A stretch of 64,000 nt of DNA. It comes from Hamiltosporidium tvaerminnensis FI-OER-3-3. Lineage: Eukaryota > Fungi > Microsporidia. Positions within the stretch are counted from its first letter, which is position 1. Each line of letters begins with the position of its first letter. This document shows, piece after piece, positions 23,701 to 35,907 of this stretch. A model generated the notes under the pieces. It was not told the DNA's origin and did not search any database. It worked only from the letters and a program-made list of their open reading frames with translations. The stretch is taken from positions 558,001 to 622,000 of the forward strand of contig JAKIMF020000011.1 in the NCBI GenBank assembly GCA_022605425.2, written 5' to 3'. The translations under genes were made by a program, and so were the position numbers.

Positions 23701-24729
23701 GTATTGATTAATAATTTTAAATCCACACGTGGGCTTGAAACATCTTTATATTTTTTTATATTAGTTAGGAAAAATATAATATTACAATTGAGCATAATTT
23801 TACTTTATTAGAAGCTACCTTTATTTTATTCAATCCGGCAGCTTTTAAATATTTTAATATGACATTTAAATTAATCCATATGTAAACTTTAAAATTTTAA
23901 TATATTGATATCACATAACCGAATACATTATGGTACATATTCTCAAAGCTTAATCTAATATAAAATTCAAAACGAGTACTTGTTCTGGGTATTTTTTGTT
24001 GCTTTTATATTCGCGAGTATTTCCGTTAGTGAAGGAATAATAACCACTTTAAAAACTATCCGCTTAGTAATCAGTGCGTAATCTTAATGTAAATTCGACT
24101 ATTTGATTTTTATTCTGATAAAAAAAGCACTTTAATTTTGGTTGATCTATAGAAATTTGTAGAAAAAAGAGAGAATCTGCCCAATAGGAAACCTTTTCGG
24201 ATATTTTTTAAGGTTTAAGTAAGCTATATTGAGCGAATGAGCGGATTGGTGGTTGACACTGTGCAAAAGCTTGGAGAACTTGTATTACTCACTCAGATTA
24301 AAATAAACTTGCTTGGAATACAAAAAAATATACACTTCGAAAAGCCAAGAAACTTATTGGAAACTTCTATTGTTGAAAACTCAAAGTTTATATAAATTTC
24401 ATAGTAGTCACAAATATATTTATTTTCCGGTGAAATAATTAGTTCAAAAGTATAGAATAAGTGGAATATGACTGGTCTAGGCGAGTCTAAACCTAATTTC
24501 GAACTCAAATTGCTTCTCACTCATCAAAATTACGAAAAATCGGCAAACACTAATCCATAGCATTCATTCAGCACATCTTTTAAATGACATCTTTGTTTTA
24601 TAGGCATACTTGAGATATTGATTCTCCTAGGACGAAATTTTCCTCTTTTAACCTAGAAATGTATTAATTTTATGAAAAAATTGTAACCTATGCTACTGTC
24701 TTAAAATCCTGTGATGACTAGTTAAATAA

Positions 24730-25450
24730 TTTATTTAAAAGTATCACATCTTTTTTAAAACAGTGGCAAGTGTTATATTTGTTTTTATGACATTAACGCA
24801 GTTCTGGGTTTAGCATAAATAACTACTAACCCACCCCTCCATCAGTACTCCAAGCGATACCTACGTCCCAAAGCCCTTTATTACCAAGTGTGTTGAACCT
24901 AATTAATAGGCGAGAAGGTTGCCCAGAGTTCGTCAATGTCTGTTGCATGGAGTGTGATCGAAGGCCGAAGCCCACCTGGCTCCTCCAAGACTTTGCAGCA
25001 TTCCCACTCACTCTACACTTTCTGAACACAATAATCTTCTAGCTAAGCTATATTTTGGAGATTTAGATGAGGTCCACCTAGACAGTGCAATGTCATACCA
25101 ACAGGTATAACCTGCTACTTAGCTCACAGCTTTTAATGGTTTTTTGTTTTATATCTACCAGGCGCTAAGTCTTCTAACCCGAGTGAGCAAAGCTAGGTTT
25201 CCTGCTTTTACATGGCAATTATCTACAAGTTAGCTGCCGTCTGCAATCTGGTTACATAAAAAACTACAAATAAATTTGTAGAAAAGGTTTCTATATTTTT
25301 TAATCCTCTCCTACTCATAACAACTCACATGAAACAACCGAAGATGTAGTGTGGTTTTATTCCCATCAAAAATCCAAACAATGATCTCACACCACTTTCC
25401 CACACTCATTGCCAAGCAGAAAGTTTTTTATGTAATTATCCATATTCTAC
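24730..25450 (-). mobile_element. SINE-like family A, copy 2 (inverted)
   Basis: Reverse complement aligns along the whole of 3748-4477, with near-identical core blocks (e.g. TTGCTCACTCGGGTTAGAAGACTTAGCGCCTGG). Confidence 0.8.
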
Positions 25451-25895
25451 ACTTGATTGAATAATATTATTGTAACCTCAGATATTTTCTTTAAATTTTT
25501 ATAAATCAAAAATATTGACAAAAAAAGCAGCTTAAAATTAAACCATGAGTTGTATTTATAAAAAATTACTTGAAGTTAACCATAGTAGTGAATATAATGC
25601 AAATGTGCAAGAAGCTCCCAACCATTTAGTTTATATTCAAATGAAGCACATAAATACTAAAATTAAAAAAAACCATATTTACTTTCAAATAGATACTATA
25701 AAAATAATATATCTCAAAGCCCAATTATCAAAAATAGCTTATAAATATCATGGTAAAATCATCAAAATTAATTTGATAATGAGAAATAGAATACACTTTA
25801 TAAATTAGTCAAGGTAAATCTTACGTATAAAATAAAACTGTTTAAAATATTAAATTAAATATAGTGATTAAAAAGCGAGATATTTATTTTATTTC

Positions 25896-26588
25896 TCAAA
25901 ATTTATCCAAAATCATTTTCAAATTATCATTAAGCATACCTATAGTACTTTCAAAGTCTTGACAATGGTTGTCAGCGAATTTCAATACTAAAGTAAATAG
26001 TTTTTGACTTGCTCCGCATGCTTTCAATATATTTTCTATCTGAACAATAAAGATATGAAAAGAATTAATACTAGATTCACTAAAAGAACCTACTGCTTCA
26101 AATGAATGAATTATAAAATCAAAAATAGCAAAATTCAAATTTTTTTGCTGTATCTTGTTTGATAAATCTCTCATAGTTTTATTAAATAAATCAATCTCAA
26201 TTCTGATTCTGCTTATTCTATGATGGATTAGAAATAATGGAGAATTAGCATCAATAAATTTAAACCCTAGTCCTGGAATAAAAAAACCACCACATTTGTT
26301 TTTCCCAAAAAATTCTTTAGTATTTTCAATATTATTCAACACATTTACGAAATTTTCTTCATTCAATGTAGATGTGAATGATGTTGTATCAGAATCAATC
26401 ATTTCGAAAGTCGCCACGTCTTTAATATCTATAGTATCTCTATCCTTCGTAAAATCTTGATTATCATCAATGGCTTCATTAATCATTCTTTGTAGTGATT
26501 CATTCCTTAGACATTCTGAATTAGCTTTATTTGTTCCTTTAGTAATTTTTAAAATAAAAAATAATGTGACACGTAATAATTTTGACAT
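25896..26588 (-). CDS. Uncharacterised secreted protein (~230 aa)
   Basis: ATG at 26588 is preceded by CCCTCGTAGAA. MSKLLRVTLFFILKITKG is signal-like. Intact ORF. Confidence 0.7.
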   Translation of the reverse strand: MSKLLRVTLFFILKITKGTNKANSECLRNESLQRMINEAIDDNQDFTKDRDTIDIKDVATFEMIDSDTTSFTSTLNEENFVNVLNNIENTKEFFGKNKCGGFFIPGLGFKFIDANSPLFLIHHRISRIRIEIDLFNKTMRDLSNKIQQKNLNFAIFDFIIHSFEAVGSFSESSINSFHIFIVQIENILKACGASQKLFTLVLKFADNHCQDFESTIGMLNDNLKMILDKF

Positions 26589-27130
26589 TTCTACGAGGGT
26601 ATGCTTCAATTTTATATTATATACTTTTAGAATTTTAAATTTTCCTTTTTTGGAAATTTTTATCGATATTGAATCTTGATATGACGATTAACTTTTTTCA
26701 AATTTTAAACATTTAGATTATATTGTTAGAAAAATTAATATTTTAAAAAATTAAATGCTAATTTTCTTTTGAAATAAGTTAATAAAATAATTTTAAGGAA
26801 TAAATCAAGCTATAGAAGTATAATCGGTTTATTGTTTCACAAAAAAACTTAAAGTTTTATCATCAAAGTTTCATAATATACTCTCTTTTATCGACAGGAC
26901 GATTACACTAAAATAACTTATTAGATGCTAAAATCACAAATTAATCAAACAAAACTCACAATAAAAAATTTAAGCTTTTTTTTAAGCTTCAAAACTTCTT
27001 TTATAATGAAAATGTGTTATACGAATGATTTAAGAAAAAAATGCATATACGGGCTCTATATTCCGTATGATTGCAATGTATTCTTTTTTGAACATTTCTT
27101 TCGGCGATTATATTTGGAATATAAATCAGT

Positions 27131-27357
27131 TAATTGACTTACTTACTTATTTTATTCCTCTTTTACCATTCAGTGTCGAAGGTGAAAAAACAAAAGTTTC
27201 GATTCGTTTCTTTTAATCTATGTAACTCAAGATTATGAGAAATTGACTATAGAACCAGTGTATATATTCATCCACAAAGACAGCAATGAATTTCACACGA
27301 TTTGTACATATTCATTGCCAAGCAGAAATTTTTTAATGTGGTTATCTTTCTTCCACC
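27131..27357 (-). mobile_element. SINE-like family B, copy 2
   Basis: Perfect 11-bp TSD TATAAATCAGT (27120-27130 and 27358-27368). (TAAG)3 tail on the minus strand. Confidence 0.85.
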
Positions 27358-27399
27358 TATAAATCAGTATGGTCATTATAAACGTATAAAAACTTTCAT

Positions 27400-28250
27400 A
27401 AGTCAGATATATCCGAACCTTGACACACCGATATAAGAAATCACTCGAACATGACTATACCAGGCGTAAATATATATTGGTTAGATTCCCAAACTTAATT
27501 CTTCGATGCAGATGTATGTTTAAGTTTACAATACGCGATAGTAGACACTCGTTCCAAGAAATTTTTGAACGGTATGCGATGATAGAAGTGAATACAGGAA
27601 TAAAAACCGATGTCAATATATAGAAAAATAGACACAATAATTTTTTTTTAGATACGAGTGAAAATAAGTGAAAATGCTTTGAATCGATAACTATTTTCAG
27701 TACTCCTTTCAAATAGTCAAAACTGCCAAAAATTCAAAACTATGGCCTATTAACTGATGTAGACCCTGTTATAAATGTAGTATTGGGATAATTTCTTAAG
27801 TGATATCCGAGACGGTATTATGCCAAAATACAAGAAAGCATGCCCGAAAAGAGCAAATACCCAAGGATGTAGAAGCATACATTTGGTTTATAGTACTTGG
27901 GACGAGAGTTAAAACAATTTCTTTTGATTGCAACAGGACTTCGGTTGTGACCGAATTCCAAAGCTAATTGAGAGTATTGGTCAATGGGTATTTTTGAAAA
28001 GGCTAAAGAACATCATCCCACACCCTTTTATAATACAACGGTAATGAATAAGATGGTTAGTGCCAAGCATAAACAAAAATAGAAAAGCATCTCTTATTCT
28101 AACAGAAGAACTGCATTAGAAAGCTCAAATTAAATATAAACGAATTTTTAGATTTTGAAGTAGAAATTGATAGTTGGTGAAGTAGAAGGAATGCATAAAA
28201 GTGTAGAAATAATTTTAACAAGAATTTTATAAAATTGATTTACTATTTTA
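27400..28250 (+). mobile_element. Decayed LTR-retrotransposon integrase remnant (approximate)
   Basis: NCQKFK (Zn-binding region) at ~27720 and TPFY..xGN (cf. TPYHPQGNG) at ~28020. Confidence 0.4.
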
Positions 28251-30780
28251 ATATATCAAATAAGCTTCAACCAATTTACAATCAAGTCATAAACCACAAG
28301 ATTCTTTGCCCAAATTTTTTTTCCGTTGTAGGTGCATTTGAAACTCGTGTATTTTTTTAATATTTTTTCCTTACCTTTGCTTAAATATTTATTTTATTGT
28401 ATTTAAGTACTTTTTTATTGTATACTGATTGTATAAAACCCAATTCTTTTCGTTCTAATTCTTTAATTCAAATTTTTAACTCAAAATTGTAAATTGAATT
28501 CTTATTATTTATAATGAAATATTTTTGAAAATGGAACTTTATTATAAGATATAGCGATGAAGAATCTTACAACCAGCAGTCATCCTATTTATATCTGGTC
28601 CGGTTTATAGTGCCAAATTTCGTTTTATCCAAAATAATTTATAAAAACCCATTTTCGCATATTATAAATCCAAATTTACTTATTATACTGATATTAGAAT
28701 TTTATATTTACTTGATTGATTGTTTAACACCTGCGTTTTCAGTAGAGTGCCATATAGTGATAATTTAGGTTATTTGTAAATCGAATCTTCTTGTATTAAA
28801 TGCTTAGATGCGGTAACTTCACAATCTATTCAGTCTCGAATTTGATTCATATCCTCGACACACATAAATCTTATATATTTTAAACAATCAATTGCTTAAA
28901 CTTTTTTGAATTATATGAAGATCTAGCTACACATTATAGTATTCTAGATATAATACCTATAACGCAGAACAATTATTCTATAAATTATTTACTTATGATG
29001 AATTTTCAGATAACTAAGCTAATAATTCATAATTTATTGGTTTAGAAAATAGCAATTAAATCAAAAATTTAACTAAGATTCATTATGTTCTAGTTCAATC
29101 TCTAACCCAAAACAAAACTATGATTTATTTCATAAAGTTGTTATTTGAATCTTTTAACGAAACCTAATTTCTAACTATAAATTTTGGGTATTTCAAATAT
29201 AGGTTAATGTCTATTTTTCAAGCATACTTGAATCAATTAAGGTCGAGAGAAGCAAAATGAGTACCATCATCAAACCATTTAACCTGAAAAATAAGTATAA
29301 AGCATATGTGAATTATTTCCAATTAATTTCCGAATTTTCCAACATTCTTTATAATATAAAAAACCATGAGATATTTCAGACTTAGACCAAATCTCATATA
29401 TAATCTATATTAAAATCCTTTTTACGCGCTCTGGTCGTTCATTGTCTCTATGAATAAAAAAGTGCAACAAGTTTAAGACGATAAATTGACCTGATACAGC
29501 TTTCTACTGATTTTTTGCTTTGTTAAAAAAATTTATAATGATTTCTTGTTCTAATTTTTAAGTGACCAATTTTTATCTTAAAAACTCTGCTTGAATAAAT
29601 GTTGTAGTACTATAGAGCAAGATTTTACTATTTCTAAAATTTTGCTTGCCTGTTTTTCGGGTTAATATTACCTTCTTTTTCTTAGATGGTCTAAGAATTC
29701 CAGAGGTATATGTTACGCCAAAGACCCTCTTGGTGGCTTAAAAAATGTTCAATATATATGAATAATCACTCTCTAGATGTTGGTATACACGTATGTTGTT
29801 TGGTAAAGAAGGAATACCCTGGTCTTCGCGCAAACTAATTGAACCATCTAGATAAATACCTTTATCTAAACTACCATCGAAACTAGTTGATCCGAATTTT
29901 TATTATTTAAACTTTCTTGGTTATTAAATTTTCTGAAGAATTTTCTGTTTTTTAAAGAATCTATTCTTGTTACCGCATTTCAATATAATACAATGACGCA
30001 TTTTATACTAATTTTTTGTTTATCTTCAGTGTTTTCAATCTTTCACATTTAAAGAGCCCAGTTATCTTTAAAGAGTATAATTTATAATACTTTTTACAAA
30101 ATTATTTGTTATTATTTGCAAGATTCTTTAATTTTTGATTACAAAGAAATCTAATCTTCTTTCTGAAGCAAGCAGCTGGATATAATCTATAATAGAAAAA
30201 AAAATTCTGCAGCACAACTTAGGTGTTTCTAGAGTATTTTCCTTTTATATTTTTTTCGATTGAGCTTAAGCTAAACAAATCAACTGTTAACACAAAGGAA
30301 AAATTTGCTCTATGCAATTTTTTTTCGAAGTGTTCGTGGATCTATTTTCTGTTTGTCTTTAAAAATCGAATCCTATTTATATGCTGACTTGTGACTTATT
30401 TTCAATTTCATAAAATATACATGAGCTTATATTCTACTTTCAATTTTTAGGCGATCTATTTTTAAGGAGTTTTAGCTGAACTATGATTGAAGAATATCAA
30501 AGCTTGCTTTAAGTATTTTCAGAAGCACTATTTTTGAGCTGTTTTCTCGGTTTTTTTTACTAGTAATCTTTACTTTCCTCTTTAAGTTGCTCGTCTTTTG
30601 GCACTGATTCGTTAATTTGCTTATACTTTACAAAAAAAAATCGATGAACTTAATTCGAATTTCGTTTTATTATCATATGAAAAAGATCATTGTGAGATTT
30701 TAACTTATCGGCTCGTATTCCTTTGCATACATAATATCTTGAAAATTTCATGAATATTTTCATATAGTATTGTAAGCTTC

Positions 30781-31011
30781 TTTTCCTACCATGCCGGATG
30801 CAGAATTAGTTTGGATTATTCTCTGCTTATCGTAAAAGGAGACTATTAGAGACTGGCTCTTCGGGTTGGATTGGGCGTAGATCTAACAACTCACACTTTA
30901 AAACCCCCTTGTTATGAAACCCGAAAATGTAAATAGACCCACCGGAAAAAGACCGTGGTCTTTTACAGAGAGCGGCCAAGGCTCTTGCAGGGCTGTAGTG
31001 CTGATGTTAAG
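30781..31011 (+). mobile_element. SINE-like family C, copy 2
   Basis: TSD TGTAAGCTTC / TGTAGGCTTC (30771-30780 and 31012-31021). Shared family motifs. Confidence 0.8.
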
Positions 31012-32844
31012 TGTAGGCTTCATGATAATAGAGTCAAAATATTATTAATTATTGATGTTTATGTTTAAAATAAGGGCTCATGTTGCTTCTCTCCATGTAT
31101 GAGCGCCTCTCTTTCGTTATTTCTAATCCGGGTATTGATTTTAATTGTACCTTTTATTTTTACATATTCACCTTATTAACATGCCTTTATGTTCTATTTA
31201 CTCCTGTTAGTCCTATACAACACCCGATTTCACACACTTTTACCTTATTTGAATAACCAATAAAATCTTGATTCTATCAGTCTTTTAAATTAATCAGAAC
31301 GTGTTAAATATTAGTGTGATTCAATAAAATTTGTTAATGTTCATTATGTATATTTATTTTGTCACTTTGTGATTTTGCTGTGGAAAACTTTTTAAATCAA
31401 AAGCATATCGAAAGCTTTTAGATACTTACACTGCTCTCCGTACCCAAAGTATAGAGGTATTTATATCTTTAAATTCTGCTTTTTTTGCTCCTTTTTATGA
31501 ATTTTCATTTCGTATACATATTTCGAAATAAAATTACTCAAATCTCGAAGAAAATAACATATAAAGCAGAAAAAAATATATTTAGAATATTTGTACAATA
31601 CTAGACATAAATTGCAGATATATACCCATTAAAATGAAATATTAAGTTATTATCAATGTGATTGACGCTTAAACAAACATCGGGATTTGTTTAGATTAGC
31701 AAAAAGACTTTACAGTCAGTTAAAGACTCTTTTAAATTTCCGTTTGATAACATCGAGTTTAGGAGTAATATAATATGCCACGACTTATGTTTTAAAGACA
31801 TACTTCTCGAAACCTCTTGACTTGAATAACCCTAAAGATTACATATAATACTATATCATACAGAAAAAGCAAATATAATTTTAACGTTAAATCAAATTCA
31901 AAGTATAGCTGTTAAAAAAATGCAAAGACTTTGAAAAAGATGATTTGAGTAACCAATACGGTCTTCGTGTATATATCAGCGCGTACACAATGTAAAAATG
32001 AAATCAAAATAAAGTTTTTTTTCTTAGAGCCAGGTTTTTATAAATACTCGCCCGAAGCATGAGTACAGAGAAACTAACTATATCACGTTTTATTGTAGTA
32101 GATGTCTGATTTATTTTAGTAAAAATGCAAAGCATTAATTACAGAGTCCGTGATTGCCTTTAAAACACATGTCTATTATTTGAGTTGGAAACAACCTAAC
32201 TATTATAATAGCCAATAATATCCGATACCGTGAAAATTTTCTGCTGGGGTACTCTAAATCTTAAATTCAGGAAGCAAATTATGACAAACAAAATTCGAAT
32301 TCCATATCGAGTTATAATCTCATAGAGCCATAGTCTTAATTTAAAAAAGCTTTCGAACAAAAAAAAATGAAAGAGCTCATTTAATAGTTTAAATTAATTG
32401 AATTTCTATCCCTAAGTTATTTTGATGTTTACTAAGTTTAGGTAATAAAAATATGGAAGTTGCATTATATAGTTTTCAATTAAATAGTAAAGCACACTTA
32501 TATTTATTTTTTTACGAATTGAATTTATATGAATTATATTATGTGAAATACAGTATATAATTTTTCAAAAAAATAGGAAGGAAAATAAATGATTTAACTA
32601 TCTAAAAAAAATTGAAAAATCTCTTCTAAATTTAGAAAAAAAGAATAGTTTATTTGTTCAAACCAAAGTTTTTTTTTAAGGTTTAGTATTGGAAATAAAG
32701 GGAGATTGTAAAAAAATAGTATAAATGACAAGATATATAATTAAATTAAAAACAAAGAAGGTTAGTATTGGAAATAATGAGTGGATTTACGAACATAGGG
32801 GGAAGCCTTTGATCGCTATATAAGAATATGAGGGATTATCTGTA

Positions 32845-32901
32845 TAAAAACAGATCTCCCTCGAAAAAAAAGGATCCCTTTAAACAAAAATTAACTAAAA
32901 A
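32845..32901 (+). repeat. Left terminal inverted repeat
   Basis: TAAAAACAGATCTCCCTCG(A8)GGATCCCTTTAAACAAAAATTAACTAAAAA matches the reverse complement of 35908-35964 with 4 substitutions and 2 single-base indels. Confidence 0.9.
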
Positions 32902-32929
32902 TCAAAAATAAAAGAACTTCAAACACCTT

Positions 32930-34360
32930 TTAATTGAATTCGTTTAAGTTATCAGAAACGATTTTTAGATTCTTAAAGACTCTTATGGACTTTCTGTCAG
33001 CTGAACGCGTATGAGATTCATCGAGATTGAACTTGGCTTTAACATAGCTTTTGAATTCAGTAAACTTTGTACTATATTCTGGTTTTCTACAAACATCCTT
33101 TGAAGTATGTTCAGTGTCAAGTTCGTGATACATACAATAAACTTCAAAGAACGTGATGTAGCCATCTGTAGCTTCTTGTATAACATTTTCAAGAAACTTC
33201 ACAAAAGCCTTAAGTTCTCCGAATGCATAGGATAAATATCTCAAAAAAGTAGTTGGAATCTGCAGTTCTTTATTTATTGGCTCTTTTAAAATTAGTTGTA
33301 ATAGGCCTAGTCCTATTGCATGTCTTACAGATTCATTGGATAATTCAAGATGGTTTTTTATATTTTCTTTTATCGACAGATTCTTAGCAAAGTAAATGTA
33401 CTTCATTCTTCTTTCTAAAGCATAATCTACCACTGCCGAAAATTTAGGTAGGTTTTTACCAACGAATAACAGTCTAGTTTTGAAAGGGAAAGTAACTGGG
33501 TTAGCATATAGTGATCCTACCGTGATTCTTTCATACTTAGCAGGCCTTTTAATAATATCGACCCGAAGTATTTGAGAATCGTATTCCGCAACAACACCAA
33601 TCCTACAATTCCTGAGGTTTACAAAAAAGCGATTCATCGCTGAAGTTTTTGATTTTGACAGAGCTTTGACTGGTAAGTCACCAACTAAATTCTTTAAGGC
33701 TATTCTAAGCATGTTTATAAAAGTTTTTTTTCCGTTGGCACCTTCACCTATTAAGAAATACACTTTATCATTCGAATCATCAAATAATATTATTCTTAGT
33801 TCATTCAATACATATTCAATTTCACATTCATTTTTGAAGATGTTGTCAAGGAATAAATACGCTACTTTTTTATGATCTGAAAATAAAAGATCTTGTTCAG
33901 TAAAAGGTAGTGTGATGCTTATATAGTCGTCCAATTGGGTTTCTCTTATTCTTCTTAGTTCTGAGTCGAAAACACCTTTTTTTAGAGGGAGTAACTTAAA
34001 CTTAGTATTGAATTCCAAACCTTTTTCTTCGTCCCTGATATAAGGAAATAAAACAGACATAGTTGATTTGAGGAATCTGGGTGATTGAAGGCGTAAGCGC
34101 ATGGTACGATACTTAGTAAAGAGTCTATCTTGACAATCCTTAGCTGCATGCTGAGCTTTCAATAACTTCCGCGAACCATCCAATCCTTTAAGAAATTGTT
34201 CAGACAGATATGCTAAGATTCCAAGAGTTGCTTCCTTGTTGTACTCTTTGTATATGTTGTTAATATTTGCAACATATAAATTATCTCCAACCACAATAGC
34301 TCTTCCGTTAAATACCACCTTTAAGAACCTAGCAAACAACACAGGTGTAGGTGAATCCAT
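32930..34360 (-). CDS. D5_N + SF3 (poxvirus D5-like) helicase; C-terminal part of a split primase-helicase
   Basis: LPLKKGVFD (D5_N), GEGANGKKTF (Walker A), IGVVAEYD (Walker B), LFVGKNLP (sensor 1 region), ALERRM (Arg finger). Confidence 0.88.
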   Translation of the reverse strand: MDSPTPVLFARFLKVVFNGRAIVVGDNLYVANINNIYKEYNKEATLGILAYLSEQFLKGLDGSRKLLKAQHAAKDCQDRLFTKYRTMRLRLQSPRFLKSTMSVLFPYIRDEEKGLEFNTKFKLLPLKKGVFDSELRRIRETQLDDYISITLPFTEQDLLFSDHKKVAYLFLDNIFKNECEIEYVLNELRIILFDDSNDKVYFLIGEGANGKKTFINMLRIALKNLVGDLPVKALSKSKTSAMNRFFVNLRNCRIGVVAEYDSQILRVDIIKRPAKYERITVGSLYANPVTFPFKTRLLFVGKNLPKFSAVVDYALERRMKYIYFAKNLSIKENIKNHLELSNESVRHAIGLGLLQLILKEPINKELQIPTTFLRYLSYAFGELKAFVKFLENVIQEATDGYITFFEVYCMYHELDTEHTSKDVCRKPEYSTKFTEFKSYVKAKFNLDESHTRSADRKSIRVFKNLKIVSDNLNEFN

Positions 34361-35892
34361 AAAAATCGTAAGAAGGAATCTTCACGGTCAAGGTCAGTTT
34401 CTAGTTTTGACTTCAAAAAATAACCCTCATCGTAGACTAATTCCATGTAGTTTGGCTTATTCGACATCTCATCCAAAGCCTCCATACAATTCCTATTCTT
34501 GTCAACTAGAAACGTGTTTATTGTCGTATTGAAAGTTATACTTTGATAGATGTTTACTTTTAGAAAATTTTTTGTGAAGCGTTTCAATTCTTTTTGACAT
34601 GCCGTTATATGCTTTTCTTTTGGGAATAGATGCTCAATACTTTTATCTTGTGATATCACAGAATATGAACAATCAGACAGATTGTTATATGTGTCCATGT
34701 TAATACTTTCAATTCCTAAAAATTCCTTTACCTGTTCGGGTGAACCAACCTTTGAATGTACGCTCCTTTCTGAACGATTATATACTGGCAAGCCAGCCTC
34801 AGGATCCTTCGATAAAAATAGGTTATGGGTATTACTTAATAGTTGTTTCTGTAATACATTACCCCTAAACAGTGCGAATATTTCATCCTTACTTAAGACA
34901 TCCTTAAGCACCACTTCAACAATTTTATTTTTTGACGTAAGTCTACAACCATGACACTTTAAGCTTGCAGAAACAACAGTTATTCTAAGATACGTCTTAT
35001 TTGATTTATGCATTACGTTAAAGGGGCACACATCCAAGGGTTCGATGTCAACATAGATAACCATCAAACCATCCTTGATTTCGCTCTCTCTCGCTCCGTA
35101 TATCTTCTTGTACTTAAAACCAAACTTTGCCAGCAACTTGACAAAAATAGTATCTCTTGGATCTGCATTCCCACTTTCGCTTTCGATACTTCCGTTATTT
35201 GAAGTTAAACTAGATCCCTCTTCAAATGCAATGAGATTTTTGCTGGCAAGAAATGTTCTGATACAAAGGCCTAGTTCACCGGGCCACTGAACGAAATGCT
35301 CGATAAGGTCAAGTTCTTTTCTAGGTCCGGTGTGTTTAGCATCAAATACTAATTTACCGTCAACCTTTTCTTTAGATGCCCCGAACGCCCTTAAGAGACA
35401 ACCACCGGGTTTATACACGTTCAAATCAACGCCTGGCAAATTTAAATGTTCGCGGACAAACGACAAAACCTCTGAAACGTTCATAAATACATACTCCTTT
35501 CCTTCTTTAAATAGTCTGACGATCATATGTTTCGAAAACTTTTCCTTACCAGTAGCATCTGAGACGATAAACTGAATATCAAACCCTGAAAAATAACCCT
35601 TTACAAATCTTTTGATGTCATCTACAAGGCTATCGAGTTGAAATTCTTTGCTGTGTAAATCAAAAAACAGAACCACTTTAGCATTCGCTCTTATAAATTC
35701 ATTAAAGTAGCCTTTAGGTATTTCTTGTTTGTAGAGTTCAAGAAAGTTGTCTTTGCCAGATATTGTCATTCTTTTTCCAAAAATTGACGTGGTGTAGCCA
35801 AAAACCAAATTTTCTTCGTGCCACTCATCTATAACTGTTTCAAGTTCAAATTCGCTCCCGGGTTCCTCATTCGTCTTTTTTATGGTTTTCAT
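34321..35892 (-). CDS. PrimPol/UL52-like archaeo-eukaryotic primase with C-H-C-C Zn finger; N-terminal part of a split primase-helicase
   Basis: LFFDLH (motif I), FSKHMI (motif II SxH), VDLNVY...LLRAFGASK (motif III), CPFNVMHKSN...KCHGC (PrimPol-type Zn finger). TAACCC directly before the ATG. Confidence 0.85.
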   Translation of the reverse strand: MKTIKKTNEEPGSEFELETVIDEWHEENLVFGYTTSIFGKRMTISGKDNFLELYKQEIPKGYFNEFIRANAKVVLFFDLHSKEFQLDSLVDDIKRFVKGYFSGFDIQFIVSDATGKEKFSKHMIVRLFKEGKEYVFMNVSEVLSFVREHLNLPGVDLNVYKPGGCLLRAFGASKEKVDGKLVFDAKHTGPRKELDLIEHFVQWPGELGLCIRTFLASKNLIAFEEGSSLTSNNGSIESESGNADPRDTIFVKLLAKFGFKYKKIYGARESEIKDGLMVIYVDIEPLDVCPFNVMHKSNKTYLRITVVSASLKCHGCRLTSKNKIVEVVLKDVLSKDEIFALFRGNVLQKQLLSNTHNLFLSKDPEAGLPVYNRSERSVHSKVGSPEQVKEFLGIESINMDTYNNLSDCSYSVISQDKSIEHLFPKEKHITACQKELKRFTKNFLKVNIYQSITFNTTINTFLVDKNRNCMEALDEMSNKPNYMELVYDEGYFLKSKLETDLDREDSFLRFLWIHLHLCCLLGS

Positions 35893-35907
35893 GGGTTAGA
35901 AATACCT

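Noticed and set aside
24826-25029. 67-aa ORF inside family A copy 2
   Set aside because: Non-ATG start and not preserved in copy 1.
31081-31222. Solo LTR (TGTTG...CAACA); a similar TG...CA stretch at 39967-40165
   Set aside because: Short, no clean TSD and no second copy in the window.
34330-34390. Tiny spliceosomal intron joining the primase and helicase frames
   Set aside because: No GTAAGT donor or recognisable branch-point/AG arrangement at the junction.
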